A stretch of DNA of 64,000 nt, from positions 248,001 through 312,000 of the forward strand of contig OX597838.1 of the NCBI GenBank assembly GCA_951406725.2, given 5' to 3'. The notes under the pieces were generated by a model, which saw only the letters and a program-made list of their open reading frames with translations, was not told the origin of the DNA and made no database searches. This stretch comes from Octopus vulgaris. Taxonomy: Eukaryota. This document shows positions 63,980 through 64,000 of this stretch, one piece after another (position 1 is the first letter of the stretch; the number at the start of each line of letters is the position of its first letter). The translations under genes were made by a program, and so were the position numbers.

Positions 63980-64000
63980 GTGAGTATTTCACTCAAACAA

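Overview
AT-rich, microsatellite- and transposon-dense animal genomic DNA; the repeat families suggest a cephalopod (octopus-like) genome, which is an inference. Two spliced host genes, missed by the ORF track, were rebuilt by hand from GT/AG sites and phase continuity, and they point away from each other. (1) A minus-strand transferrin/melanotransferrin-family gene has a TATA box at about 6311-6317 and coding exons 6230-6173, 2585-2411 and 151-33, and continues off the left edge. (2) A plus-strand GLT1D1-like glycosyltransferase has seven coding exons between 46615 and 63979 and continues off the right edge. The remainder is a 5.2-kb 54-bp minisatellite, a 33-bp minisatellite, large (TATG)n fields, and decayed LINEs (RTE, CR1-like, Tx1/L1-like, R4/Dong-like), Penelope-like elements, a Helitron, Tc1/mariner elements, MITEs and SINEs. 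The most notable signals are: about a dozen sequence-diverse minimal type I hammerhead-ribozyme motifs sitting in inverted-repeat (Penelope pseudo-LTR or retrozyme-like) structures; a short element joining a tRNA-like Pol III head to a hammerhead; and a near-perfect 1.7-kb palindrome centred on (TA)n. Most long ORFs in the track are artefacts of repeats. All calls are by eye; no searches or folding were run.
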